Positions 12,886 to 26,474 of a DNA stretch of 64,000 nt are shown here, in pieces. The notes beneath the pieces are model-generated. The model was not told where the DNA came from and ran no database searches. It saw only the letters and a program-made list of their open reading frames with translations. How positions within the stretch are numbered: position 1 is the stretch's first letter; each line of letters starts with the position of its first letter. Origin of the DNA: Camelus ferus (Eukaryota); assembly GCF_009834535.1 (NCBI RefSeq), contig NC_045707.1, positions 62,994,001 through 63,058,000 on the forward strand, written 5' to 3'. The position numbers and the translations under genes are program-made.

Positions 12886-15800
12886 AAATAAGGAGCATTT
12901 CCTGTAGACAGTAAAACAAAAAAGGAGAAGAAAGAGAATTAATGTAAATAAGACAAATACTCATGTTTCATGAGAGTGAGTCAATAGTGATTGTCTAAAG
13001 GTAATCCTAGAAGTTACTTACATAATTAAGTGGCTTGAAAGTAACCACCAAAGGAATTTAAAGCAAACAAAAAAAGTTTTGAAAAATTCTGTAGATATTT
13101 CTAGGTATGGCAGAGGGACAGTTAAAATTTAATTTTTACCATTGTTTTGAATATAATTAAAATACATTCTAAAAGTATAAAAATGAAGTTGTTCTTGACT
13201 GGGGACTATCAAATAATTTATAAAATATGTTGTTAACAAATAAAAACAAAATACATAACAATATATTTAATGCAGTCCCCTTCATGTAAATAAGAAAGGA
13301 TACACACACACTATAAACAGAATGTTTGTTTATACTTACAAATATTTTTAGAAAGATACATAAAAGATTACTCATAATGATTATCATCAAATAGTGAAAT
13401 TGCTAGTCAGAAGTTTGAATTAGAAAAAGGAAAAAAGGGGTTTTTTTTTTAACCGCTTCAGTTTATTACTTTTGTTAACATAAATTTTAAAAATATATTT
13501 ACATGGAAAATAAATCCATTGAGCTAAGAAATCAAAAACTCTGAACTACATTTTTTTAGTCATATAACTTAAGCTGCGAACTATCTTAAAATTCCTCAGC
13601 GTTCACTGCAGCTGTCTGTCTCCCATCAGCTGGTAGAATCATTGAGTTATAACAGGATGGCGTTTCATTAATATGGGAGAAGAAGAGCCTTTTCCTTCCT
13701 CGCATTCCCCATCAGTGCTATCTGACTGACTTCCATCCACTCAGAACAAGACAGTCCTAAGTTAGCATGCATCCATTCAGCCATTTATCAGTTCATTCAT
13801 CTCCTTAAAACTTTAAGTCAGAAGCAGCAACAAAATCATTAGAAGCAGCTGATGAAAATGTCATGACAGTGATGGATGGTGGAAAGAGAAGTTCTGGAGA
13901 CAGCAATGTTTCGGAACAGATATTTGCATTATTAAGGAGGAAGGGCTCTACCAGCTATGGCCGGGGTTGGGAGAGACAGTCTTTGTCCAAAATCATCTGT
14001 TCTTTTTCATCATAATACCTTTAGAAATAATAGCCCTCTGGGGGTAAATATTGAAAGGAGGAGGTTTTATTAATAATCAGTCTTTATCCAGAGCACTTTC
14101 ATGGCTGTGATCATTAAGCATGGCAGATGTCCTGATGCATCTGCTCACCTGCACTGACTTTGTACAACCAAAGAGAAATAATGACCGCTTTGAGTATAAT
14201 ATGCATTCATGAGTTATGTTTCAAACATAAGGTATAATTTCCATTTCCACATAATGAAACTTATTATGATGTGGTCATTTTTACTTTTCAGCTCACACGA
14301 TGCTTCTGTTTTCTCCAAAGATGATCAAATTTGCAAGATGGTTTATGCATGTGAGCATTCAGAGTACATCACACTGACTCTACATTTGCCTGATGTTTCT
14401 GATCACATGGACACATCCCAAGTTGTCCTTTGGGATATTTATGTAAATCACGTAAGAGCATTGGTGTTGGCTGAATTCCTACTGTTCCCTTAAGGTAATA
14501 GGGCAGGCTTGCTGCTGAGTGGAACTGTGGATTTTGCTGGGCCAAGACCAGAGTTGAGAATTCCACCCTTAAGTGGTCTTCAGAGTCATGGAGGCCAGAG
14601 TGAACACAGCCCCAAACCAAACCAAACCAAACCAAAACAAAAAACAGCAAACATACATAAAATTAAAGTAGCAGGAGGTGATTCAGATAGCCATACAATC
14701 TGAGGCTATCAGAGGCAGGCATCAGAGTAGAAGAAACAGCACTCTAGAGCTAAGAAGTTAGTACAAAAAAAAAAAAAAGAAAATTAAACAAAAAGGTCAA
14801 TGATGGTCTTAGACGATCACGAAAATAAGTGTGCCTGTGACGTCATCCACCCAGGTAGGACCACAGTGTGCAGCTCTTCATAAAAGGGGCGGAAGAGATG
14901 AGTGCGGGCCGCCCCTTCAGGTCCCTCCTGTCTGCCTGAAGGGCCCTGTATAAGGTAGTGGGGGCCTGGGCTAAGGTTAAGTAGCCAGGCTTCCGCTTGG
15001 CTACATTATGGCTTTTAATCATGTTCCCTTCCCCACCCTTAACAATCTGCCCTCAGTCAGACAAAAGTGCACAAAAACACACAACAAAACCATAGATAAA
15101 CAAAACAACAACAAAAGAAATGAGGCAAAATTAAAGGATGAATCTAAGGTGGCAGGAACAAAGTGATACCAGCTTGAATAGAATTTCTGGTAGCTATTTT
15201 TTCACACAATAAAATAAAAATATTATCAGATAATTATTGTTCAAGTAAGAGCCCATCCCAATAAAACAACACAATATTTATTCTATTTTTTTAATGATGG
15301 GATTTGATCATTTAATTTCTTCTACAAATACGTATTGAGTTCCTACTGTGAATATCCCAGGAGGTATTCCAGAAGATGCAGCAGGCTTTGCTCTTATGGA
15401 GTTTACAATCCAGTGAGAGAAAAATCAGTGTTCCCTCTGAGAGAGGCTTTCAAGTCTAAAGGAATTTAAAAGGTGCCTTGGAAGCTGGTGACAATAGAAA
15501 CTAGCTGAAGGGGAGGGGCGTGCTCCTGCACGCTGCTCAGCTTCTTTGCAGTAGTAGGTGATATTCTATCAAAATACATAAAGACACTTCATTTCACATA
15601 TTCCACATAAGATTAGTGCGTGGCTTTGAATTACAAACACTTTAATAAAATAACAAATGCCCTATAGAAATTAGAGAAGTGTTTTGATGCTCCAAATTTC
15701 CAATTGACAATAAGAAATCTAGTTACAGACACTGGGGAAGGATTGCTCTCTTATGAAAAATGGAAAAAAAAAAGTTACATAGACGGACTGATAGCTCACC

Positions 15801-15902
15801 TGCGCTGAGAGCCAACTGAGTTTCATCGCAATTTTCCAACACTTTGTAATGGAGAAGCCCACCATCTTCCTTTCATCACCAGGATCCAAAAGACTGGGAT
15901 TT

Positions 15903-16668
15903 TGTTTTTAACATTTTTTATTGATTTATAATCATTTTACAATGTTGTGTCAAATTCCAGTGTAGAGCACAGTTTTTCAGTTATACATGAGTATGTGTAT
16001 GTTCATTGTCACATTTTTTTCTCTGTGAGCTACCAGAAGATCTTATATATATTTCCCTGTGCTATACAGTATAATCTTGTTTATCTATTCTACAATTTTT
16101 GAAATCCCAGTATATATCTTCCAACCCCCCGCCCCCTTGGCAACCACAAGTTTATATTCTATGTCTGTGAGTCTATTTCTGTTTTGTATTTATGCTTTGT
16201 TTGTTTTTTGTTTTTTTTTAGATTCCACATATGAGCGATCTCATATGGTATTTTTCTTTCTCTTTCTGGCTTACTTCACTTAGAATGACATTCTCCAGGA
16301 GCATCCATGTTGCTGCAAATAGCGTTATGTTGTCGGTTTTTATGGCTGAGTAGTATTCCATTGTATAAATATACCACATCTTCTTTATCCAGTCACCTGT
16401 TGATGGACATTTAGGCTGTCTCCATGCCTTGGCTATTGTAAATAGTGCTGCTATGAACATTGGGGTGCAGGTGTCATCCTGAAGTAGATTTCCTTCTGGA
16501 TACAAGCCTAGGAGTGGGATTCCTGGGTCATATGGTAAGTCTATTCCTAGTCTTTTGAGGAATCTCCACACTGTTTTCCATAGTGGCTGCACCAAACTGC
16601 ATTCCCACCAGCAGTGTAGGAGGGTTCCCTTTTCTCCACAGCCTCTCCAGCATTTGTCATTTGTGGAT
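15903..16668 (-). mobile_element. Young 5'-truncated L1 with 18-bp TSD, inserted into a MIR
   Basis: Intact ORF2 C-terminus ([19 protein letters not shown]...YHMRSLICGI*). TSD TCCAAAAGACTGG(G/A)ATTT at 15885-15902 and 16669-16686. Confidence 0.95.
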
Positions 16669-16800
16669 TCCAAAAGACTGGAATTTGAATCCCACCACAC
16701 TACTTGTGACTGGACTATTCGGCAAGTGTCATTTTTGAAAAATGGGAATAAATCATACTTGTCAACATTGAAGGATTAAATGTGAAAACAGAAAAAAAAT
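16669..16800 (+). mobile_element. MIR SINE (target of the L1 insertion)
   Basis: AGACTGGAATTTGAATCCCACC...GGCAAGT...AAAATGGGAATAA...GAAGGATTAAATG. Confidence 0.6.
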
Positions 16801-17095
16801 ATGCACAATGTGAGATGGACCAGGTTGTCTCAAAATGAATTATTTCTTTGGTGTATTGGAGTATTTACTTTTATAGTATTTGGGAGAAACACTGGCCACA
16901 GCCTTCAGCAACGCAGAGGGAGAAGCCCTGAGTTCTTGTACCTATTCTGTGAGACTTCTGCCCAACCATAGGGCCAGAGCTGCGCAATTCCCACTTGCCC
17001 CGTGGGATCGGCAGAAATTAATTAATTCCACTAATATCTAGCTCAATTCTGAAATGCCATTTTGTAAGACAAAAGGCGTAGAAGCTGTGACTTGT

Positions 17096-17675
17096 GTGTA
17101 TTGGAATTCTAGTGCTGCCCATACAAAGTACCAAAAACCTGTAAGATTCAAACAGCACCCATTTGTTATCTGAACTTCGTGTGGAGCAGAAGTCCAGGCA
17201 CCTTGTGGTTCAGCTAGTTCTCTGCTTACCATATCACGAGGAGGAAATCAAGGTGCCTGCAAGCCTGTGTTCCTTTCTGGAGGCTCCAGGGAAGGGTAGC
17301 CCCACGCTCATCCAGGTTATTGGCAGAATCCAGTTCCTCGCGGTGTAGGCATGAGCTATCAGCCAGGACCCCCTCTGGGCTCCCTAAGCCCTCCTGAACT
17401 CCTCTTTAATCGCCCTTCCATCTTCACACTAGCAATGGGGTATCAATTTTTTCTTAGTTTTGAATATCTCTGACTTCCCCTCTGCTTCTTCCAGTAGGAA
17501 GATAGTTCTCTGCTCCTAAAGCTTATGTGATGACCGGTCAAGTCCACCCATATAATTCAGCATGACCTCTTTGTTTAAGGCCCCTGACCTTAATGCATCA
17601 ATAAAGTCAATAATACGTTCACGGTTTCCAGGGATCAGCGTGTGGACATCCTTGGGATGCTGTTATTCTGCCTCA
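17096..17675 (-). mobile_element. MaLR solo LTR (MLT1D-like)
   Basis: TGTATTGGAATTCTAGTGCTGCCCATACAAAGTACCA...GGCAGAATCCAGTTCCTCGCGGTGTAGG...GTGGACATCCTTGGG. Confidence 0.8.
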
Positions 17676-18469
17676 CTCACCTTGGTTTCCCCACGGGAGC
17701 GGAGGAAATGGTTTAGCTTTTGGGACAAGGGGAGGAGGAGACTCGTGCTAGAAAGTGGCTGACAAACAGTAGTTCCTGGAGATCACTGGAAGGGAGCTGT
17801 GCCTAGTTGGGGGTTTTGTCCTGTTAGTAGGGTATTTACTGTTTGTTTTGTTTTGAAATCAAACTTGAATGCCTTTGGGGTCATTGTGTTCATACTTATT
17901 AGTTCCACATTTCCCACCATCCCTCGTGGTTTTACTCTGCGTTACACAAGAACCTTACATCCCTGTCTTCTGAGGGCATCTGTGTTTACAATTTCTGCCT
18001 TTCTTAAAGTGAGATCCACAAAGAGGAAAGAAGTGGGACAGAAGGGACTCAGGTGTGTATTTGGTCAGGAAAGACAGAAGTGTCAAAATTCTAGCCATCC
18101 CATCCCACAGGAAGGGCACTAGGAGAACACCCTTTGTATTTTCTAGAACAGAAGATGGCTTCTTGAGCGATTCTATCATCAATTCACCTGATACTTTTCT
18201 CTCCTAGAAAGGAATTAGGCGCATACCCAGGAAGACAGAAAGGAAAAGTCTGCCAAGCACAGCTACACTGGTGCATAGTAGGGGTTCAATAAATGGTTAC
18301 TAGTTCACTAATCTGTCTCTCTCTTTGTAAGCTCATTCCTTAACTCTTCATTAAAATGCCTTCAAACAAACGTCTGTGTGCTTGGCATCCATCACATTGA
18401 AAAATTTATACCATGAATAAACTCACAAGAAGCAACGCAGGGACCCGACAGCTAAGAGCACCATTTCTG

Positions 18470-18712
18470 GAACCAGGCTGCTGAGACCCAAGCCTTGCTC
18501 CCACCATTTACTAACTGCTTCCAACTTGAGGAAGTCATGTAACTCCCCTGAGCTTTACTTTTCTCATCTGCAAATTGGGAAGAGTAATAATAAAAAAAAC
18601 ACAACCAAACAAAAAACCACACCATACGATTTTTGTGAGGATCAAGTGAATGAATAGACATAAGACAATCTAATATATAGTGCTATTCAATAAATACTGA
18701 ATATTATTATTA
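18470..18712 (+). mobile_element. MIR SINE
   Basis: Core AACTTGAGGAAGTCATGTAACTCCCCTGAGCTTTACTTTTCTCATCTGCAAATTGGGA. Confidence 0.8.
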
Positions 18713-19004
18713 CTCAAGCATCTTAATTGTTTTTATAATATTTGTGCTCTTTTTTTTAATGACTGAGTAATGTATTTGTGAAGCAGATTAAAATGTTATT
18801 CTAATACTTGGGTTTGATGTTAAAAAAAAAAAAAAAATGAACTGGCTTCTCACAAGGGACTCAGAGTTCCTGGAGGACAGCAAAGTAAACTATCCTACAG
18901 GAAACAGCCACGCAATGCCACAGTGAGGAGTGTGAGGAAAGGGGAGGGGAGCAGATCTTAATGTCTGTGGTAGGGAAACATAAATTTGCAGTTTACACCT
19001 TAGT

Positions 19005-19135
19005 CAGAAAGATTCTCCACGAAGCTAATGGAGCTTAAAGTTTGCAAACCTTCACAGTTCAGGGCTCTTCCAAAGCCTAGGAGCGGACCTAACAATGTGT
19101 GATTTTAGTTTTGTGCCGACACTTTCGTAGTAATT
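19005..19135 (+). mobile_element. hAT DNA transposon end fragment (Arthur1/MER69-like)
   Basis: GATTCTCCACGAAGCTAATGGAGCTTAA...CAGGGCTCTTCCAAAGCCTAGGAG...CTAACAATGTGT, matched from memory. Confidence 0.45.
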
Positions 19136-19149
19136 TTCTTTTACATTTC

Positions 19150-20440
19150 CTGCCTCATTGAGGTCTAGTGGACAAATATAATTATAACATTTAAAGTGGA
19201 CAACATAATAATTTTATATATGTGTAAATTGTGAAAAGATCCCCCCCCTTTGAGCTAAGTAGTACATCAGTCACCTCATATTTACCTTTGTGTGTGTGTG
19301 TGTGTGAACATTTAAGTTCTGCTCTCTTAGGAAAATTAAGTTAGACAGCAGTGTTATCAGCTATAGTTACCATGTGGAGTCCTCAGATATAACTTATCTT
19401 ATAACTGAAAGTTTGTACCCTTTTACCAACCCCGCCCTCCCTTTTCTCCCCACCTTCACCCCACCAGCCTCTGGCAACTACTTTTCTACTCTCTCTTTCT
19501 GTGAGTTCAATTTCTTTTTTTTTTTTTTTTTTTTTTTAGGATTCCACATACAAATGACACCATGCAGTATCTGTCTTCCTTGTTCTGGCTTGTTTCACTT
19601 AACATGATGTCCTCCAGATTCATTCATCCATGTTGTCACAAATAGAAGGATTTCCTTCTAAGACTGAATAATATGGATACTATTCCATTCTGTGTATGTG
19701 TGATTGTGTCCCCGCCACACACACACACATTTTCTTTATCCATTCATCTGTCAATGGATACAGGTTATTTTTACGCCTTGGCTATTGTGAATAAGGCTGC
19801 AATGAACATAGGAGTGTAGACATCTCCTTGTGGTAGTGATTTTATTTCCTTTGTATTTCAGAAAGTGGGATTGTTGGATCATACGATAGCTCTAGTTTTG
19901 ATTTCCTGAGGAAGCTCCACAGTGTTTCCCAGAGTGGCTGTCCCAGTTTACATTCCCAGCAACAGTTTTCCAAGTGGACCTCCTCACTGGCATGTTAGTG
20001 CTGGTCTTTTTGATAACAGCCTACCAGGTGTGAGGTGATACCTCATTGTGGTTTTGATTTGCATTTCATTTTCCTCATGATGAGTGATATGGAGCACCTT
20101 TTCATGTACCTGTTGGCCACTTGTGTGTCTTCTTTCAAAGAATGTCTATTCAAGGCATTTTGTCCATTCTTCAGTTGGGTTATTTGTTTATTTATTTATT
20201 GCTATTGAGTTGCATGAGTTACTTGTGTATTTTGGACATGAACCCCTCAATGGAATGTGGTTTGCAAATATTCAAATATTTAGATATGTGATTTGAAAAC
20301 TTTTTCCCATTCCATAGGTTGCCTTTTTATTTTATTAATGGTCTTCTTTGCTGTGCAGAAGCTTCCTTGGTTGAGGTAGTCCCATTTGAGTACTTCTGCT
20401 TTTGTTGCCTTTGCTTTTGGTGTCACAGAATCGTTTTCTT
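19150..20440 (-). mobile_element. Older L1 (ORF2 3' part plus 3' UTR)
   Basis: Antisense L1 motifs (TTGGCTATTGTGAATAAGGCTGCAATGAACAT, CTCATTGTGGTTTTGATTTGCATTTC). Track ORF 20280..20510 contains TPKAKATKAEVLKWDYL...FCTAKKTINKIKRQP. Confidence 0.9.
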
Positions 20441-22669
20441 TAAGAAGGTCCACCAAAGTGAAAAAAACATCAGAGCTCCTGAAACCTGGATGTTCATCCG
20501 AAATGAACACATTTATGTTACGAGATACCTGAGATCCACATGTGGCTTCTTGGCATTTCTAGCATTTATTCCTGCCAGTCTCTGCTCCACTGCATCTGCT
20601 CTAGGTTTAGCTTATTGGCAGAGAATGTTTGGTTTTTCAAGCCAGCAACCTATTTATGATTGGAAATTCTTCTCTGTCCGGTAGCCATCACATTTAATGG
20701 TGGCTGGTAGTTCTCCTGATAGTTCTCAAGGGCATTCCCTCTGCTCCGCCTCCACTGCTATGGTCCCGGTCAGAAACTCACCAGCTCTGTTACGGATGAA
20801 AGCAAGAGGCTGTTTACTAACTGACGTCCTAACCTCGTGTCTTACTCTTTCTGGTCTATTTTTTGCCAATAATGTTATCTATATTAACCTCAAATATGGC
20901 TATAATAATCCATTTCCTAAAATGTATCAATTACTTCAATTATTTATATTATAGGAAATGGAAATAATCCGTTTCCTATCATACAAATGTTAACTTCTTA
21001 GCAGGAAATTAGGACCTTTCATAATCTGGCCAGTGTCTTTCTCTCAGTGTTGTCCCACCTTCTGCCACTTGCTTTGTTACTATGTTCCCGCTGCATGGGA
21101 TTGCTACTCCTTTTTTGAATATGCTCTCCTGTGTCGTATGTCCATGCTTGTTCAGTCACTCTAGCCCAGGGAATGATGGCCTTCACTCCATCACCTTACT
21201 CCTTGGTTGACTGTAATCTGTCTGGTGAATTCCAAGATACCTTTCCAGAGTTAGTTTTGTTTTGTTTTTAATGAGCTATGTGAAGGATTCCTTGACAGTG
21301 CCCTGGGAATTGGTATTCTTTCCTTTGTCTGCCTACGATTCTTCATACATAACTCCTTCATAATCTTTGCCATGATCTTCAAGGGCTGGAACCATTTATT
21401 TGCTTTATTGTAACTCCTAAACCTACCACCTTCTAAGTGCATTGCATGTTTCAGTTTTTGTTGAGGAAATGATTGAAGGAATGGAATAAATAGAGATGAG
21501 AAGTGGTTGCCTAGAAGTTACTTCTCATGAATGAATCTTTCCCTCCAAAGAAATATTTCAATAAAAGGATCACTGACAAGTGTCATGTCTTTTCCTCCTG
21601 TATTAGTCTCTTGAGTACTTATTACAGTACAGAGCACATTGTAAATATGTCTTAATTGATTAAATATTGTCAGCAAGGGCAATCTAAAGCACACTCTATT
21701 TAACTTCTCTGATAGAAAAGCTAGAATGTCTCCCAGAAGAATATAGGGGCAAATAAATACCAACTTCCACCCAGGAGTGGAGAATTTGCCTCCTTTCCTA
21801 ACATCTCTAAAAATGTACTGATCAACCATGTTAGGGCAGAATACCTCTGTGATAAGAAGACCACAGCTGTTTTCATCTTGCAGGAAAAGTCTGCAGGAGT
21901 CATTAGGTCCTTTCATAGCTTAATCTCATTTAGGCTTTGGTGTTCCCATGCCTAGGAAATACATGTTGTTTGCATCTATTTTGATTTCAACGTGTGTAGC
22001 TCTGGGTTCTGCACACAAAGTCTGTTGATATAACTTATGTATTTGTTCTAATTGTAGAAAAATTATAAGCGAAACTTAATAAAACTTTCTAACCCCAATA
22101 TAAGCTAAAATAAGCGAGAATTGGTGTTCTTCTAATAAACTCATAATTAATATTTTTAAAAGAAAAAATATTTTCTCTTAAACATCCATATATTACCATC
22201 AAAAGGGCATGCCAAATGACCACACTGAGAAAAATGTGATCAAGTTTTAGAAATAGATGCCAAATATAGTTACTGGAAGTACCTAAGTGTGTTTCTATGT
22301 AAACATAATCTGAAAGAAATATGTTTTACCATGTGATTCCTCTAAAATCTGTCACCTAATGCAACCTAAGATACAAGCATAAAATTAGCATATTATTATT
22401 ATAAATTAGAATGGCAAAGATATGGACAGAAGCACATTTTGAAATGCCATTAGAGAAAAATGGGTTTCCTCTTCCAGGAAATATTGAAAATTCTCTCTCT
22501 GTCCTATATTTAAAGGGGAAATACTCTTTATTGCTATTTTTTTTAAGAACCATGTATATATAATCTTCTAAGTTTCCTTTCCTCCAAATCAAGACTGGGC
22601 AAATTATTGTTAGTGAAATCACCTTGAACTGATGTGAGAATACTTGCCCCTAACCAGTGGTGATAATAA

Positions 22670-22900
22670 TAATCATAGCTACCATTGATTGGCTGTTAAT
22701 TACGTGCCAAAAATTTTATTTAAATTATTTCAAAATCCACACTACAGCCCTAAGAGTTAAGTATTATTTTTTCCCCTTTCTACAGTTGATTAAACAGAGG
22801 CCAGGAAAGTTCAAGTTGTCAAGGATGCAGCATGAGCTAAGAAGGTGTAGAGTCAGGAATCAGACTCCGGGTACAGCCTAGCTCTCATCCACTGGGTCAT
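22670..22900 (-). mobile_element. MIR SINE
   Basis: TTTCTACAGTTGATTAAACAGAGGCCAGGAAAGTTCAAGTTGTCAAGG. Confidence 0.6.
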
Positions 22901-24674
22901 ATTTACCTTGGGGAGAAATCTTGAGGCCCCTAGGCTTCTATCAACCTTGTTGTCAGGAAGGTTTCCTTCCTTACAATGTTCCATTTCCTGTGTAAGTCTG
23001 TTTCTTCCAATTCTGCCCCCTGAGGAGAACAGCTGGCCAGTGCCCTCCTTCCAATAACATTAACTAATTCACTGGTTGAGTAATTTTTCTTATGATAGAT
23101 TTTACACCCCTAGAGAACCAAGTATTTACTCACAAGAAGGAAAAAAAATCTACACTGGACGAATGCAAGGACATTTCTTTAGTACCATGCTTTCCCTGTA
23201 TTTTCAAAGTGGGTGGGGTGGAAAGAAGTAAACAATGTAAAAAAGCCAGAAGTACAGATATTTCCTAAATTTTTTTCTCATAACTATGATCTAGAACTTG
23301 CTGACTACAGAGGGAAAAGTTGATAAACTCAAACGAAAAAAACTAAGAAAATACCTATGCAAACATTTTCAGTGTTTACACCACAAACCAAATTGTCAAA
23401 AATTGCTTAAAGTATTATAAAAATTTTCCACTAGCATAAGATTTGGTTTTGGATACGGCCTTTCTCAAATGTATCATTCAGTAATCACTTTGCAATTATT
23501 TTTATTTCATGAATATTTTTGCAGTTTCTTTATGTGAGTCCCTCCTCTGACTCATTTAATGCCTCACTATGTTTTTGTTCATTCATCTCTGCCTCTCCTT
23601 TGAAAAATAATTTGTGTTTAATGGACACCTTATGTGATATGCAATAAGGCAGGTCTCTCCCATACATTCCAAAAAGGATAGCATTGAAATATGTCAATTG
23701 GTTTATCTTTGCATCAAAATCTCATTCATCCAATTACCAGTCAGGGGAATTTTAGAAACTTATTAAATCTTTTTCTCGTAGTGACACTAGGGGTTAGAAT
23801 TCCAAATCATTCTGCTGTTTCTTAAGGGATTACCAACATCACGGGGATAGACAACAGCCAATATAAGTTCAAATAAAATACAAACAAAAATATAATCACT
23901 CAATACTCAGAGCGGGGAGCTGTTTAGTTCTCTCAGGGTATTTAAACACAACAGCAGCTTTTAACATTTGCCAGACCTGATAATGAATTCAAAAGGTAAG
24001 GCGTTCTTTCTTTAGTATAAACATACTTCTAAAGTAGAGAGGCTGGGCTGCATAATATGTAACAAATTATCCCAAAATAAAAACAATTGAAATTTAATAC
24101 CGTTTTGTAAGGAGATACAGAAGAACCTAATCTCTTTGGTGAATGAGAGAATGAATGAATAAATGAATGACCATTGAAGTCATTGGGTTGTTTGGTTATT
24201 ATTCCAGTCTGTCTTTCCCTCCTCTGTCCTTTCCCTGAAATTTCTAGGATATAATAAACCCACAAATCTGCGAAAGAAAGCAATGCCTTTCTCTTACTTT
24301 TTTTTTTTTAGGCCAGTATATTGACCTGATAGGTATCTATTCAATTCCTACTACATTCCAGATTCTGTACAAGTCACAGAGTCAAATGTATACAAGAACA
24401 GTCTTGTCCTCCATAAGTAGACATTCAAATAGGGAGACAGATGGCTAAACAGATCATTTCTGTGCAGTGCAGAAAGTATGACTGAGGTATGATCCACTGG
24501 AATAAAAAAATGGCACAAAAAAAAAAAGGGTAACTAACCACTTGTCAGAGCACTCACCACATTGCATTTTCACCCTGTGCATTCCTGTCATTTGACACTT
24601 AAATTGCATCTATGTCTGCTGAACTTTAAAACAAAATTACCAAATTCCTTCATAAATACCACCAGCCTGATGTA

Positions 24675-24930
24675 AGAAATACAATAATAGTTGATTCTAT
24701 TGTTACGCCAGGCATTATTGTGAGTTTTACTGTGTATCAGCTCAATTAGTCCTCCCAACTCCCTGTAGCAGGTCTGATGAACTCCTTTCCCATAGGAGGA
24801 AACCAAGTAAGGCAAGAGAGGCCAAGTCACCTTCTCAAGGTCACAGAACTAGAAAGTGCAACTAAAATTCACCCTCCGACAGCCTGACTCCAGATCCCCC
24901 GTCTTAAACACTCCACTCCACTGCCTCCTA
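24675..24930 (-). mobile_element. MIR SINE
   Basis: GGAGGAAACCAAGTAAGGCAAGAGAGGCCAAGTCACCTTCTCAAGGTCACAGAACTAG...TGACTCCAGA. Confidence 0.75.
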
Positions 24931-25075
24931 ATGATAGAAAGTCCAACAAAGTAAGGAGACTTTCGTTTGAATCTCACCTGCAGCGATAATTCGCTCTGTG
25001 ATCTTAGGCAAGATTCCTAATTTTTCAACTTTTAATTTTTTCAGTATAAAATGCCAACAGTTAAGTTTTTCTTCT

Positions 25076-25565
25076 TGTGGCAGTTTTCAATGTGATCTTA
25101 GAATTCTCTGACATTCCTTCCACTGAGAGCTGAGGTCTGTGTTCCCCTCCTTACATCTACGTGCTGTAACTGCCCAACTAATTCAATACAGGTGACACTG
25201 TGCCAGTTTCTAGGTTTAGTTCTTAAGAGTCTGTCGGTTTCTTCTTGTCTTTTTCAATGATCTCTCTTGGAACTTGGTCTCCATGAGTGAGGAAGCCCAA
25301 GGAAAAGCTATGTGTAGGTGTTCAGGCCAATGATCCAGGTGGCATGCCAACCAATACGAGCCTTAGACATGTCAATGAGGAAAGCTTTGAGTCGTCTCTG
25401 GACACAGCCACTGTATGACTGTGACTGCATGACAGAGCTTGACCACGAATCACCTACACCCACTTCACCCCCAGAATCATGAGCGATAATCAAAAAATCA
25501 TGAAGTTATTTTAAGCCGCTGTGTCTTAGGGCGATTTGGTATGCAGCAATGGATAACAGGAACCA
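25076..25565 (+). mobile_element. MaLR LTR (MLT1F/H-like) inserted in a MIR
   Basis: Ends TTTTAAGCCGCTGTGTCTTAGGGCGATTTGGTATGCAGCAATGGATAACAGGAAC; MIR pieces flank it at about 24955-25060 and 25570-25625. Confidence 0.75.
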
Positions 25566-25984
25566 TTCTGTATTTTGTCAGCATTATTGGGACAAATATG
25601 AAAGTTCTTAGTATGTTATAAAGTACCATACAAATGTAAAGACATATTAGAATATATTAAGTGCATATAAATAGGTGACTCCATAGGAAATAACACAAAA
25701 TCACAGAAATCTCAGTGTTCAGCATAAGGGCCAGTTAGTAAATTCATTTAAATCCAGTGAGTATTTGAGTGTCTACACACACCAAACAGCAAATTACACT
25801 CCATAAAGATACAAAAACAAGGGTAGGAATATTCTGTGCATTCTAGGACTGTATAAAAGCTTTTTACAGCTGAGCACTAAATGAAAAGAACTATTTAAGT
25901 TAGCATCCAAATTGCTCAGAAACATTGTTTTATCCCTTAAAGCGCTGCTCACTTCTTGATAGAAGGTTGGTGCTGACATCAGGA

Positions 25985-26170
25985 AAATCTGGGTTTTAAT
26001 CTTTCCTTTAACACTTCCTTGAGTGCATGTAAACCATCTCTGGCTGAAAGGTTTCTATTTGTAAAATGAGAGTGTAACACCTACCCTGCAGAATCCTTGG
26101 GAGGAGTAAACGGCACGATGTGTACTAAGAGCCTAGTACATAGCATGAGATTGATAATGAACAGCTCCCA
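25985..26170 (+). mobile_element. MIR SINE
   Basis: TTTCTATTTGTAAAATGAGAG...ACCTACCCTGCAG...GAGGAGTAAA. Confidence 0.6.
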
Positions 26171-26474
26171 TTGCAATTCATGCTTCTAGGCTTGCTCTCC
26201 AGTGCCAATCTGCGGTGAAAACAGCCCTAGATATCAATCATCATAGTTCAGAAAAGAGGCTACTAAGTTTTACTGTGTTCAGTTCTTAAGAATAACAGGC
26301 AGCATTTGTTTTTGAATTACTTCTAACGCTTCTCTATCAAACTAGGCATGCATTAACAAATCCTGTTAATTTTATCTTTTTTTTTTTTTTTTAAGTACCC
26401 TGGATCCAATGCCACTCATGACCAATCTGGCCAAGTCACCATCATCTCTCACATGAGTTACTTGTGGTAATTCC

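Noticed and set aside
16218..16700. 160-aa ORF as a possible gene
   Set aside because: It is the C-terminus of L1 ORF2 in a truncated insertion; the N-terminal residues come from flanking MIR sequence.
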